Part shown: in pieces, positions 24,255-36,105 of the stretch
Numbering within the stretch: the first letter of the stretch is position 1
How the letters are laid out: each line of letters starts with the position of its first letter
Assembly (NCBI RefSeq): GCF_001194135.2
Contig: NC_068981.1
Span: 107,824,456-107,860,777, forward strand
DNA length: 36,322 nucleotides
Direction of reading: 5' to 3'
Origin: Octopus bimaculoides
Lineage: Eukaryota
The notes under the pieces: model-generated
Databases searched by the model: none
The model's input: the letters and a program-made list of their open reading frames with translations, nothing else
Told to the model about the DNA's origin: nothing
Position numbers and translations under genes: made by a program

Positions 24255-24370
24255 GAATTAGAGTGTAAGTGGCTGAATATTTTTAGAATAACTGTATTCT
24301 AAACGTAATCTCTGGGCAGAATCAGCATGATATGGTGTGTGACAAGGCTGAACTATTAAATTACTGGTAC
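24255..24370 (-). mobile_element. Diverged fragment of the repeat at 1-254
   Basis: Matches the reverse complement of ~70-190. Confidence 0.55.
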
Positions 24371-24512
24371 AGTCCACCCGAGGTCCACAGTTGCTGTGGA
24401 CCCAATTTACTCACAGTACTTGAGTCGACCTGAAACTTTGGTAGAAGATACTTGTCTTAATTGCTGTGCAGCAAGATAGAACCCGAGAATCTGGATTATG
24501 AATTGAACTTCT

Positions 24513-25655
24513 TATTAGGTCGTCAAGTATGAAATTTGCAGTATTTACAGCTGCTCATTTTGCGCCATTATAATATTTTAACAATCTTTATTTTTTGTTA
24601 GAAAGCTGACACATCTATTTCTTTATTCTAACTCATTTTGCGCTTTATAAAGTATTTATAAAATTGTTTTTTGCTATTTTTGTTTAGAGATGGATAAGTC
24701 GGAAATTCGTACAGTTTTGAAATATAAGTTCTTTCTTGGAAATACAGCATCACAGACAGCTGGGAATATTAACGGAGTATTTCATTCTAATGTTATTACA
24801 CAGCAGACAGTATGAAATTAGTTTACAAAATTTCGTTCTGGTAACTTTGACATCACAAATGAGCAACGCGGTCGACCAGAAACAAAGGTGGATAATGACG
24901 AATTGAAAGCTACCGTCGAATCAGATCCATCTGAAAGTGCCCGTGAATTATCGTTGTTGTTTGGTGTTAGCAAGCAAACAATATTGACTCACCTAGTTCA
25001 AATTGTAACATGTGATGAGAAATGGATCCAATACAACAACCGTAAACGTTCAGCACAATGGTTGAACAAAGACAAGCCACCAAAACACAGTCCAAAAAGC
25101 AAAATTTATCAAAAGAATTGATGGTGTGTGTTTGGTGGTCTGGCGCAGGTGTTATCCATTATGATTTCATTAAACCTGGCTCATCAATCACGGCCGAAGT
25201 ATATTGCAGCCAAATGGAGCAAATGATGCAGAAACTTACAAAAAAAAAACAGCCTAGATTAGTCACTCCTATTTTATTGCAAGACAACGCCAGGCCACAC
25301 ATTGCAAAAATGACATTGGCAAAAGTACAGGAGTTGGAGTTGGAAGTTCTCCATCATACACCAAACTCACCTGATCTTGCCCCCACTGACTACCACTTCT
25401 TCCAGAATTTGGATAACTTTTTGATATGAAAAAAATTTAATTCTGACAATGTTGCAAAACAGACCTTCTAAGATTTTATTGACTCTAGATTGCCAGGCTT
25501 TTACAGTTCCGGGCTGGACAAGCTACCGCTGAAATGGCAAAAGTATATTGACAATATGGGTGCATACTTTGATGAATAAAACTATTCCTTGTATTTATAA
25601 AACATTAGCAAACTTTTTTTTGTTTTCTACAAATGTCATACTTGACGACCTAATA
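24513..25655 (+). mobile_element. Mariner (DD34D) element with both TIRs and an internal deletion
   Basis: TIRs TATTAGGTCGTCAAGTATGAAATTTG / CAAATGTCATACTTGACGACCTAATA (1 mismatch, TA included). MDKSEIR start at 24690; VTCDEKW, LQDNARPH, SPDLAPTDYH; stop at 25577-25579. Confidence 0.95.
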
Positions 25656-25659
25656 CATA

Positions 25660-25885
25660 CTCGGCTATGTATACATGTGTGCGTGTGCATGAGCGTATTT
25701 GCGTGCGTGTGTATGCGTGTGTATGTGTGCATGTGTATGCGTGCGTATGTATGCGTGCGTATGTATACGTGCGTATGTATGCGTGCGTATGTATGCGTGC
25801 ATGCGTGTATGCGTGTGTGTGTGTGTGTACGTGTACGTGTGTGCGTACGTGTGTGTGTGTGTGTATGTATGAGTGTGTGTGGCTG
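25660..25885. repeat. Compound (GT)/(GTAT)/(GCGT) microsatellite
   Basis: Directly visible; explains the His/Thr-rich and Cys/Val-rich ORFs. Confidence 0.9.
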
Positions 25886-26363
25886 CATATGTCTGTCTTT
25901 TCCCCCACTTCTTTGCATCTCCTCAGTAACGTTTTCCAAATCTGCCCTTATTTCTTTAAATTCTCGCCTAGCTTTCACTAATATCGCAGTTATTTGATAC
26001 ACGAAATTTCGCACTAAATGTCTAGCAATAGACATTAGTGTTTCCTTTTTATCATTACGCAATCAATTCACTAACTTCGATAGGAGGGATAATGAGATGG
26101 CTTATTCATCAAAAAATTTCTTACTTCTGAATATGTGTGTGTTACCTATCAGGTCATTTCTGAGATTTTGCAATTTTCAGTATGTATGAATGTGATGTAT
26201 GTGTTCATAAATACGGAGTGCGTTAAAAAATCTCATGTTTTACACGACTATTGGTGTGGCATTAGGGAATTTAGGCAGGTGGTAATAATGTCTTTATATA
26301 GCTAATGTCTTTTGTCGTGCTCTGTACCTTTCTGGAGCCGACACCTATATTGTAAGATACATC

Positions 26364-26593
26364 CAGGACCGACCCAAGGTTCCTGCAACATGGGCAGTCA
26401 CTCGGGGCACCACATACAAAAGCGGTGGCGCTACAAACTAGGATGGAACTGCTTCATGTTACAGTACGGCGCTACATGTTGGAGTACGCAGTGTTATGTA
26501 TTTGAGTTCTTTCAAATAGAAAGGAAAAATTGTGCTTCAAAAGGCGCTGAAGTACATCTGTCTGGGGTGCCATTAACCTTAGGACTGGCCCTG
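26364..26593. mobile_element. Possible hAT-type MITE
   Basis: Imperfect termini CAGGACCGACCCAAGG / CCTTAGGACTGGCCCTG with subterminal GGGGCACC / GGGGTGCC. No matching 8-bp TSD seen. Confidence 0.4.
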
Positions 26594-27440
26594 ACTGTAT
26601 GCTTCGTTTTCTTATCTCTATATTTTTTCTTAAAAGGTACACTCATATTTGGATGTTTTGTAAGTATACGCGCATTTATGTGTATGTAGTATGTATATTG
26701 TGGGTTCTGTGCGTGTGTATGCTGTGTTTCCGTGAATACGTTTGTCTTCTGTCTTTATGTGGTGTGTGTATGTTCTGTGTGTAACACTGTGTGTGAGAGA
26801 GGGGATGATAAGTGAATGCGTTTCAGTGTAATTGGTCATGATAAAAACATTTCTCAATGTTTAACAATGAGATAAGTAAAACCACACAAGCCTTAATCAA
26901 GATTGATAAGGATTTGAGAAAACATAATACTGAAAATAATAATAATAATACTGAATAAAATCAATGATAGAAAGAACGTGTAAATAATTGTAACATAAAA
27001 ATATTCCAACCCCGCACACAAAGAAAGCAAACTAACACGATCGCTTGACCTGCTAGAAATAGTAGCTAAATTCCTTTAATCTTCACCTTAACGTCTTCAA
27101 AATGGAATGACATATCGGTCGATATAGTGTTAGATATACGAAAGAATGGGTGGTCATAACTGAAATACCTTTGAGAAAATGTTTAAATAAATTTAATATA
27201 GGTTTAAATAAAAACAACAGAAATTCTCTAAAATATTTGTTTCGTTGTATGACACCAAGAAGGAGGGAGAAAATTCCGTTTAGCTCGGTCGAGAGACAAC
27301 ATTGAACAGGCTACAAGAGGTTTTAAGTAGTGTGATTAAGAAATCGAAATTACGAATCGGAAATTGGAATAAAAGCAAATAAAACAAAAAGAACAATTTT
27401 TTTCAAAATTTCATACCCCTTTTGTGACTATTGGACCACC

Positions 27441-27581
27441 TTACTTCCCAACCACATGGTTCCGGGTTTAGTCCGACTACGTAACACCTTGGCAAATGCC
27501 TCAGTATCTTCTAGTATTGCCTCGGGCCTAACAAAGTCTTGTGATTTGGATTTGGTAGACGGAAATTGAAATAAACCCGTC

Positions 27582-27613
<32 letters not shown>
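27441..27613 (+). mobile_element. SINE family B 5' half with (TA)n
   Basis: CTTCCCAACCACATGGTTCCGGGTT.AGTCC ... CACCTTGGCAAATG ... GGATTTGGTAGACGGAAA ... CCCGTCGTATATA; same as the reverse complement of 34335-34500. Confidence 0.8.
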
Positions 27614-27615
<2 letters not shown>

Positions 27616-28317
27616 AAATAGAGAGATAATAAATTATTATTTATTAATTAAAAAAATTGACAACAGAAAATTAATCAATAAAATTTTAAATTATTTGAAA
27701 GTCGAATCTCCTCAGAGGTAGTTTAAGATATACAAAATAGGCGTTCAATTCCTGCATTTTGAGTATATGGCTGCAAACCGTTAACTGATAAAATTTATGC
27801 ATAAAGAACATAGTATAAAACATGGCATAGACCTTAGAAAGGGAAGGAAGGTAGAGTATATTGGAGCTGTAACGTAAGAATAGATTAACATATTCTTTTA
27901 GTGCGTAGCAAAACGTAAAGCTCAGGTAAATACATTGGTATAAATGTCATATATTGCGATATTATGTCCATCCATATTAAAGCAACAGAAAAATAGTATG
28001 TAAAGTTTTTTTTTCAAATGTATATAGTTATTATTAATATTTAATTAAGGTGGAAGTCATTCTAGGCAATCAATTACTTATTGTAAAATCGAAAGGGTTG
28101 GGTTATAAGACTTATAAGATATATTAACTTAATGCTAGGGTACATAAAATTTTTTTAATAAAATCAAGAATAAATAAAATAAAATAAAAATAGAGTAAAA
28201 ATAGATAAATCTAATGAAGTTTAATGAATGAAACAAGTAAAAGATTATATATATATATATAATCATAAATATACATGGATTAGCATTGAGTTGCTTCTCC
28301 AACATACTGAAAATTTA

Positions 28318-28539
28318 GAAATAGCAGTCAAAGAACTACTGATTCTAAACTACAAATTTTTCTCTAAACGGATGGCGATATTTATGGCACACATAGAAAA
28401 AAAAACCGGAGGGAAAAGCACAAACAAAACAAAACGTGCTTTTCCCTCCGGTTTTTTGTTCTATGTGTGCCATAAATATCGCCATCCGTTTAGAGAAAAA
28501 TTTGTAGTTTAGAATCAGTAGTTCTTTGACTGCTATTTC
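28318..28539. repeat. Near-perfect palindrome: 104-bp arms, 14-nt spacer
   Basis: 28318-28421 versus 28436-28539 differ at one position; spacer AAACAAAACAAAAC; the right arm ends at the gap. Confidence 0.97.
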
Positions 28540-29051
28540 NNNNNNNNNNNNNNNNNNNNNNNNNNNNNNNNNNNNNNNNNNNNNNNNNNNNNNNNNNNNN
28601 NNNNNNNNNNNNNNNNNNNNNNNNNNNNNNNNNNNNNNNNNNNNNNNNNNNNNNNNNNNNNNNNNNNNNNNNNNNNNNNNNNNNNNNNNNNNNNNNNNNN
28701 NNNNNNNNNNNNNNNNNNNNNNNNNNNNNNNNNNNNNNNNNNNNNNNNNNNNNNNNNNNNNNNNNNNNNNNNNNNNNNNNNNNNNNNNNNNNNNNNNNNN
28801 NNNNNNNNNNNNNNNNNNNNNNNNNNNNNNNNNNNNNNNNNNNNNNNNNNNNNNNNNNNNNNNNNNNNNNNNNNNNNNNNNNNNNNNNNNNNNNNNNNNN
28901 NNNNNNNNNNNNNNNNNNNNNNNNNNNNNNNNNNNNNNNNNNNNNNNNNNNNNNNNNNNNNNNNNNNNNNNNNNNNNNNNNNNNNNNNNNNNNNNNNNNN
29001 NNNNNNNNNNNNNNNNNNNNNNNNNNNNNNNNNNNNNNNNNNNNNNNNNNN
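28540..29051. other. Assembly gap (N run)
   Basis: N bases. Confidence 1.
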
Positions 29052-29166
29052 CATACATACATACATACATATGTGCACGTATACATAATAAAATGTACAT
29101 AACAAATACTATATATGTATATGTATATATAAATGTGTGTATATCTCTCTCTATATATATATGTAT

Positions 29167-29210
<44 letters not shown>

Positions 29211-29427
29211 GTAAACGCATAGGTGCAAAACAAGGTGGAAAAAATACTACTCGAATTCCAAAAGTAGAGCAAAGTATTTTTTAAAGCCGAAAAAACTTCA
29301 CACGCTTTTACCCAGATTTTCAAGTGACTATTCATCAGACATTTGTGATGAAACTGTCTGTGATAACACTCTCTGATGAACAGTCACATGAAACAGTGTC
29401 AACTCACCGCCTTCAAATACTAAATAA

Positions 29428-31632
29428 CACAATGTAACACATGTCTTGTTTATTTGTATTTTTTAATGTTCATATATGCATTTTTTGCCACTAAATTCAA
29501 AAATCACATTCGTTTTGACGTAACATCGATAGTTATTTATTTATTCCTAATTTCATATTTGCTCATTATATTTGTAACTTTTTTCTACATCACTTTGTTG
29601 GTTCAATCTATTTTAGTATTGTAAGGATAATTGCACAACATTTAGTACTTTTTCATATATTGAAAGGTATTTAGGAAGTATAATATTAATTAGAACAAAA
29701 AGAAACAATAAAAGTCTGCACTGTAAATGCCTTGATAACTCTTTTCTTAAGATGAGAAGTGCTTTGACGATCGAGATTTTGTGGAGTGTACACTTTCATC
29801 TCTTCTGACTAGAGACTATATATAATCTCCCATCATAGCAGTATCCCATCGTCCTTGGTATCTTCTTTCCATAGTTACGATGTCCTGGTGAAATTTCCCA
29901 CCATGCTCCTCGCTGACATCACCCAAGTTTCCGGGGGAAAAAATCTAGGTGAGAGTGCAAGAAATTAACCTTTCAGGACATACGACAACCCATTTTCTTG
30001 AAGTTTTCAATAAGCTTTGCTACCAGCTGTTTGTAATTAGGATCCTTGTGATTTCCTAGGAATCCACAAACTACATCACGAAATGCACACCAAGCTTCTT
30101 TTTCAACTTTTGTCATCGCTCTTTCCAGTTTCTTCGACTTTAACATTGCATTTACTTGGGGCCCAACAAATATGCCACCCTTGATCTTAGCCTCAGATAG
30201 CTTTGGAAACATAAGGCAAATTTCTTGAAAAGCTTCTCCTCTAAAATCTAAGGCCTTCACAAACTGTTTTACCAATCCGAGTTTGATATGAAGTGGGGGT
30301 AATAAGATTTTGCTGGAATCTACTAGAGGCTGTTTGAGAACATTTAACATTCCTGGCTGCAGTTCCACTCGTGAGTGCCAATGTACTCTCTTGTAATGAT
30401 CATCATCAGCTCCGCTGTCCCATAAGCATAGGAAACATGAATACTTTGTGTATCCCTCTTGCAAGCCAAGTAAGAAGGCAAGCATCTTGAAATCACCACA
30501 AACATCCCACTTGAACTCGGCGTAATTTATTTTGTCGAGAAGTTCTTTGACATTATCGTAATTTTCTTTCTTCTGTATGGAGTGTTCAAGAGGCAAAGAA
30601 GGATATTTATTTACATTGTGGAGCAACACTGCTTTGAGACTTCGTGTTGAGCTATCTATGAACAGTCGCCATTCTGCAGAATCATGCTTGAATCCAATAG
30701 CAGTAAATAAACCAATCACATCTTTACAATAACACAGATCATTAATATTTTCATAATAAATTTCAAATTCTTCATGGCGTTTCCGGTACACAGATGTCTT
30801 GTAGTCTTCCCCCAGTAGATTCCATTCCTTGATGAAAGAAGTTCAGCTCCTGACTTAGTAAGACCCAGATCCCTGATTAAATCATCTAACTCACTTTGAA
30901 ATGGAAAGTGAGGCCCCGAAGTTGTTCTTGGTACGAAAGCTTCCTCCATTTCTTGGCTGCTGCTACTTGTTGACTCTTCAGATGAAATATTTTCTGGTGG
31001 TAGTGGTACTCGTAAACTGTCATCATGTGGGACAGGAGCTCTAGATGATGGTATGTCTGGATACTGGAGAGCTTGTCTTCCTTTCACTTTTCTGTACTTT
31101 GTCACTTCGATCATACAAAAGTAACAGTCAACGTGATGGTTCTTTGGCTCTCTCCATACCCTTGGAATGGCAAAAGGCATTGACCTTCCTCTTAACCATC
31201 CTTCTAGAGTAGATCGACAGCTTCCACATATCACATGTGGGGGCCCATGGTTTGTCGTGGTCACACATGGGTACGCTATCCATAATTTGGCACCTTTCAC
31301 GATCTTATGTAATACCTGCTTTTTCCAATCTAATAAACACACACATAGCAAAATGTATCTGGAGAATTTTTACATACTCTAGTAGCCATCCTGAAAGTAG
31401 CAGAACTTAGTAATTGGTCTGAAAGAGAAAAGTAGACATACATTTAGTAGCGGAACATTATAACAATACCGAATATATAATAACATTGAAAGTCGACATA
31501 TTTTTTTAACTGTTGATGATACACAAAAAATAATTTCATTTTTGAATCAGCAGAAAAAATGGATTGATAAACAATAAAAAAATACAATAAACATTTTTTT
31601 TTTTTTTTTTTTTTGAAAATTGTTACGTTGTG
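29428..31632 (-). mobile_element. Chapaev3-like (CMC superfamily) DNA transposon, near full length
   Basis: Termini CACAATGTAACA (29428) and TGTTACGTTGTG (ends 31632), both flanked by TAA (3-bp TSD). Imperfect subterminal inverted repeats containing ATTCAAAAAT; encloses the transposase. Confidence 0.82.
29747..31389 (-). pseudogene. Chapaev3-like transposase with a few frameshifts
   Basis: CKNSPDTFCYVC, PHVICGSC, WREPKNHHVDCYFC, WRLFIDSS..SLKAVLLHN, CGDFK, GYTKYSCFLCLWDS, PPLHIKLGL, MSLK..FLH ... SEEHG..FHQD. Joins ORFs 30716-31351 and 29973-30791. The family name is from recall, not a search. Confidence 0.85.
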
Positions 31633-31652
31633 TAATATTAAGTATTTTTTTC

Positions 31653-31865
31653 AAGTGGTGAGCGGGCAGAATCGTTAGCCCTCCGGGCAAAATGTTTCGC
31701 GGGATTTCGACCGTCTTTACGTTCTGAATTCAAATTCCGCCGAGGTCGGCTTTGCCTTACGTCCTTTCGAGGTCAAAAGTATCTGCTGAGCACTGGCGAC
31801 GATGTATTCCACTTGCACCCCTATCTTCGAAATTGCTGGCCTTGCAGCAAAAATTTGAAATCAAT
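31653..31865 (+). mobile_element. tRNA-derived SINE family A
   Basis: GGTGAGCGGGCAGAATCGTTAGC ... GAATTCAAATTCCGCCGAGGTCG ... AAATTGCTGGCCTTG. Confidence 0.82.
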
Positions 31866-33193
31866 ATTAATTATTTTTCGAATACTTTTTAGCGTTTTCC
31901 AAAACATTCCCCTTTATCTTTTAAAGAATGTCTTTTTTTTTTTCGGTTACTAAACGTGTAAATCGTTAGTTGCTTAGCAACAATATCGTTTCAGATAACA
32001 TGCTTATTGTAAAAAGGTCATCTAACATTCCAAACTATATTCTAGCCAATATTAAGATAGTACATGATTTTTTTTTTATTTCTGGTATGATTAAGAAAAT
32101 GAATAGTATCTGCAATTAGCATGCTTTCAGAGATCGCGTATATATGCGTATGTGTGTGAGGACGCGTCTGTGCGCGTGCGCGTGCGCGTGTGTATCTATG
32201 TGTGCGTGTGGTGTGTTGAATATGTTTAGATCGAGTAGTAGTCATAACAAAGAAGAAAAGACGACTCTGATGTGCCCACGCCAATCTTATACGATTCTCA
32301 ATTTTTAAATCTTTGAACATTATGCAAACCTGCTTAGCTACTCCAGAGCCGACGCATGACTTTGAGAGGCTCCCTGCAACTTTTTGTTTCAAGTCGCATC
32401 TCTTCAATCAACATTCATAATCTACGCACCTTTTATTCAAAGCTATATTTTACTTTATTCTATTTGGAGTTCAATATTTCACATTATCCTAAAGAACATC
32501 TTTAAAAGTACAAGTTAAATTTATTTAGGGCTGGAACTATCGCATTATTTCATATTTAGGAAGGCCAATATTTAATAGAGTTGAATATTTATTCAATGGA
32601 CTCACAAATATCAGAAGACAAGCATTTCAAAATAACTGTGAAGTATAGTTGTCTCAGCTTTTATATACGAGGGAGTTTATTCAAGAACATTAGAATACAA
32701 AAGATTTTCAGTCCAAAACAAAAGCAAACTATTTCAAATTATATATTTTTGAAAAATTATTACCGAGTATGTTCTCAAAGACTTGATAACAGTCGAAAAA
32801 GCATTTTTTAAATTCTATATTTCACTCTTAGCTGCTGCAGTATTTCGATTGGATAGACAATACTACAATTCGAACTGTAAAGTCAAAATACTAAAGATGC
32901 AAAATATGAAGAATTTCTTATTTTTCTCTGAAATCACAAATTCAAGGAGAAAATAGTACCTTACAAAATAAAATACCTCGATCACAAGCTAGTTACAACT
33001 GAAGACTTGGGATGTTTGGTGACAGTGAGCAAACAATATAATGTATCCCTATATATGTAGATAGATAGATACATACACATACACACACACACGTTTTTGG
33101 TACAGAAATAATTTTTTCTCCAGTTTTTATTGCCTTAGGAGTTCAAAGGCCACTGTTCTGGGTACAAAGTTACCGGCTTTTCAACAACGCCAA

Positions 33194-33203
<10 letters not shown>

Positions 33204-33233
<30 letters not shown>

Positions 33234-33500
33234 AGAGAGAGAGAGAGAAATGAAATGAGAAAAAGGGAGAAACAGAGAGACTTAGAGACGTGTGTGTTTG
33301 GTACACCAATATCCATCTCTCTCTCTCTCTCTCTACCTCTCTCTCTCTCTTCCTCTCTCTCTCTCTCTTTCTCTCTCCCTCTCTCTGAGCTGGCCAAAGC
33401 CTGGTGAATGGACTTGGTAGACAGAAACAGATAAAAGCCAGTCGTATATATGTGTGTGTATGTATGAATATGTGTACGTATGCCTGTGTGTGTATGTTTG
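33204..33500. repeat. (GT)n, (GA)n and (CT)n microsatellites with a SINE family B fragment at ~33385-33447
   Basis: Directly visible; GCCAAAGCCTGGTGAATGGACTTGGTAGACAGAAAC matches family B. Confidence 0.8.
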
Positions 33501-34067
33501 TATGCATGTATAAGTATACATCCCCATCTTTCATCACTATTGCTTCTTTTTCTTGTCTTTTCTGTTGAAGTTGTGCTTATTTTCATTGTTTTAGATTCCT
33601 TTCGTTTTTCTTTTATCTCCCTAGGGAATTCGTTGACAAGCTTTTTTCATTTACTTTTCTCGTTTCTTTTAAATTTATTTACGGTACACCCTCGTATTTT
33701 TTCCTCGTCTGGCTTGAAATTTTCAGTTAACATTTTAATCAAAGTAAATAGATGTCTCATCTATGTACTTTGATCTTAACACGGGGCCCCTCAAATGCGG
33801 AGGCCCCCTGCGACCGCAGGGGTTGCAGGGGCTTAGCGTTCGCCCCGAGCTACTCGTTTTCGGATTCTTTGTGGCCCGAGTAAAGCATATAAAGCAGTTT
33901 CCACAGTTTATATTTTCTTAAACTTCAATGCATTTATCCATATTACTAATAAGGATTTCCTTTATCCGAATTCTATGCAAGATTGTTCTAGCATCCACAT
34001 CAGATCTTGTGGAGATATATTATCTGGAAAACATTCTTTTACAATTTAAGAAATTGCTAATTCCCTT

Positions 34068-34500
34068 CATTTACTCTTTACTCTTTTACTTGTTTCAGTC
34101 ATTTGACTGCGGCCATGCTGGAGCAACTCCTTTATAGTCGAGCAAATCGACCCCAGAGCTTATTCTTTGTATGCCTAGTACTTATTCTATCGGGCTCTTT
34201 TGGCGAACCGCTAAGTTACGGGCATCGGTTATCAAACGATGCTGGGGGGACAAACAGACACACAAACATATACATATACANNNNNNNNNNNNNNNNNNNN
34301 NNNNNNNNNNNNNNNNNNNNNNNNNNNNNNNNNNATACACGACGGGCTTTTTCCAGTTTCCTTCTACCAAATCCACTCACAAAGCTTTGGTCAGCCCGAG
34401 GCTATAGTAGAAGACACTTGCCCAAGGTGTCACACAGTGGGACTGAACCGGGACCATGTGGTTGGTAAGCAAGCTACTTACCACACAGTCACTCCTGCGC
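34068..34500 (-). mobile_element. Full-length SINE family B; internal microsatellite contains the gap at 34281-34334
   Basis: On the minus strand, tRNA-like head and CACCTTGGGCAAGT core at 34500-34335, and the 3' half ending GACTGAAACAAGTAAAAGAGTAAAAGAG at 34280-34068. Confidence 0.85.
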
Positions 34501-34695
34501 CACTTATTTGCTGACGTTTTGTATTTGAAATGGCAGAGTGTGTTCAAATTTGATATAGTGCTTGCTTGAAGTTCTAAGTGGAAACTGAGAACCGGAATGG
34601 ATCGCATGTCTAAGGCATCGAATTTCCACAATGTATTTCATATTATTTTTATAACACAAGGCACCATCATGTCGATTGATATTTTCCACCTTATG

Positions 34696-34905
34696 GGCAG
34701 CGTGCTGGCAGAATCGTGAGCACACCGGACGAAATGCCGCTAAGCATTCTTCACATTCTGTGTTCAGATTCCACCAAGGTCGAATTTGCCTTTCATCCTT
34801 TCGGGGTCAATAAAATAAGTTCCAGTTGGGTACTGGGGTCGATATAATCAACTTACACTCTGCCCCAAAATTGCTGACCTTGTACCAAAATTTGAAACCA
34901 ATATC
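34696..34905 (+). mobile_element. tRNA-derived SINE family A
   Basis: GCTGGCAGAATCGTGAGCACACCGG ... GTTCAGATTCC ... TTTGCCTTTCATCCTTTCGGGGTCAATAAAATAAG ... AAATTTGAAACCAAT. Confidence 0.85.
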
Positions 34906-35199
34906 TTTTACCTCTTTTATATAAATGGCTCTTGCTTGAATACAGCTGAACGGTTAAAGCAGGGCACAAACATCAGCATTTTAACCAGTCGACCAGCACA
35001 GCAATCAAACTGAGAAGTTGCTATTCTAAATCAATACTGGATGACATGAACATTTTCCGGGTAGTGATAAGAAACTCTCAAGAATGCTGAATAACTGAGA
35101 TTATTCAGAGAAGGAAGCCTCACTCGAACAAGTGTTTCAGCCCTTAACTTCTTACACTCTAAGGGAGCCGGACTGCATGCAGGTCATGACTCCTGGGTA

Positions 35200-35868
35200 C
35201 CCTTCTACAGACACTTTTTAGCCACTTGAATATCAGACTTGTGCATTTAAGCCACTTGGAACTTTCATCTTGTAGCAACTCCTCTCCATAAGTAAACCCT
35301 CTCCATGGTAAATCCTTATGCATTAGTAGCATACTATAGCAGGTCTTGTTTGCTATTTACCAAATATTCTGCCATGTTTCTTCTTTCATTAATGATGCAC
35401 TCTCGTACGCTAATCAGCCCATGGTGCCCACCTTAGGATGGAGGGCACCATGCACTCTCTTTGTCTTTCGGGTAGTGCGCTCGAGTTGCTTAATCTCCGC
35501 TCGTGTCCATTTCAGGATGGGTGCACTATAGTGGATTACAGCAACAGCCCATATGTTGATGGCAGTCACAAGGTTCCTTGCATTGAGTTTTGACTTTAAG
35601 AGAAGTTTGAGGCACTTCAAATATGCAGTGGTGACCTTGTCTTTCACTTCTCTGTGCAAGATATTGTCCAGCTCCTGAATCCCAGGGTACTTGTACCCAT
35701 CATCACCCGGGTCTTCCATTCACTCCTCGTTTGACAATTCTATTCCCCTACAATCTGCTGTTTTCCCCCATTTCAAAGTGAACACCGCACACTTTAAGAT
35801 ACCGAATTCCATCTCTGTATCCTTGCTCCGAATCTGCAGTCTCAACCACTCTCTCTATTTCAGGCTCT
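35200..35868 (-). pseudogene. R4/Dong-type RT fragment, copy 4
   Basis: MEFGILKCAV ... GIELS and ORF 35414-35719 (GYKYPGIQE ... KSKLNARNLVTAINIWAV ... HGALHPK). Confidence 0.88.
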
Positions 35869-35870
35869 GT

Positions 35871-36105
35871 TTATTATTATTATTATTATTGTTCAGTAGT
35901 TTTATTTTTATAACGTGCTTTCACTTCACTACCGAGCGCAGCTCTGTGCGCCTTGGATATGTGCTGTGGTTTGCTGTGGTGTTCTTATGGTTACTGTATT
36001 GAAAGTATTTTGCGTAGGATGTGTGCAGTGCCCAGTAGTGCAATTTTCTGTATGTTATATATATTTGTAAGTCCTGTTATATATATTTGTAAGTCCTGGT
36101 GTTTT
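35871..36105 (-). mobile_element. R4/Dong-type 3' end with UTR and (AAT)n tail, copy 5
   Basis: IQKIALLGTAHILRKILSIQ*, 3' UTR, (AAT)n at 35871-35890; internal 22-bp tandem duplication at 36053-36096. Confidence 0.85.

Noticed and set aside
26312-26689. 125-aa ORF as a host gene
   Set aside because: No recognisable domain; it overlaps a probable MITE and ends in low-complexity sequence.
28345-29335. Long ORFs of 190-291 aa (also 6743-7306)
   Set aside because: They are open only because they read through N gaps and dinucleotide repeats.
32042-32407. 121-aa minus-strand ORF
   Set aside because: It partly reads through a (GC/GT) microsatellite and has no recognisable domain.
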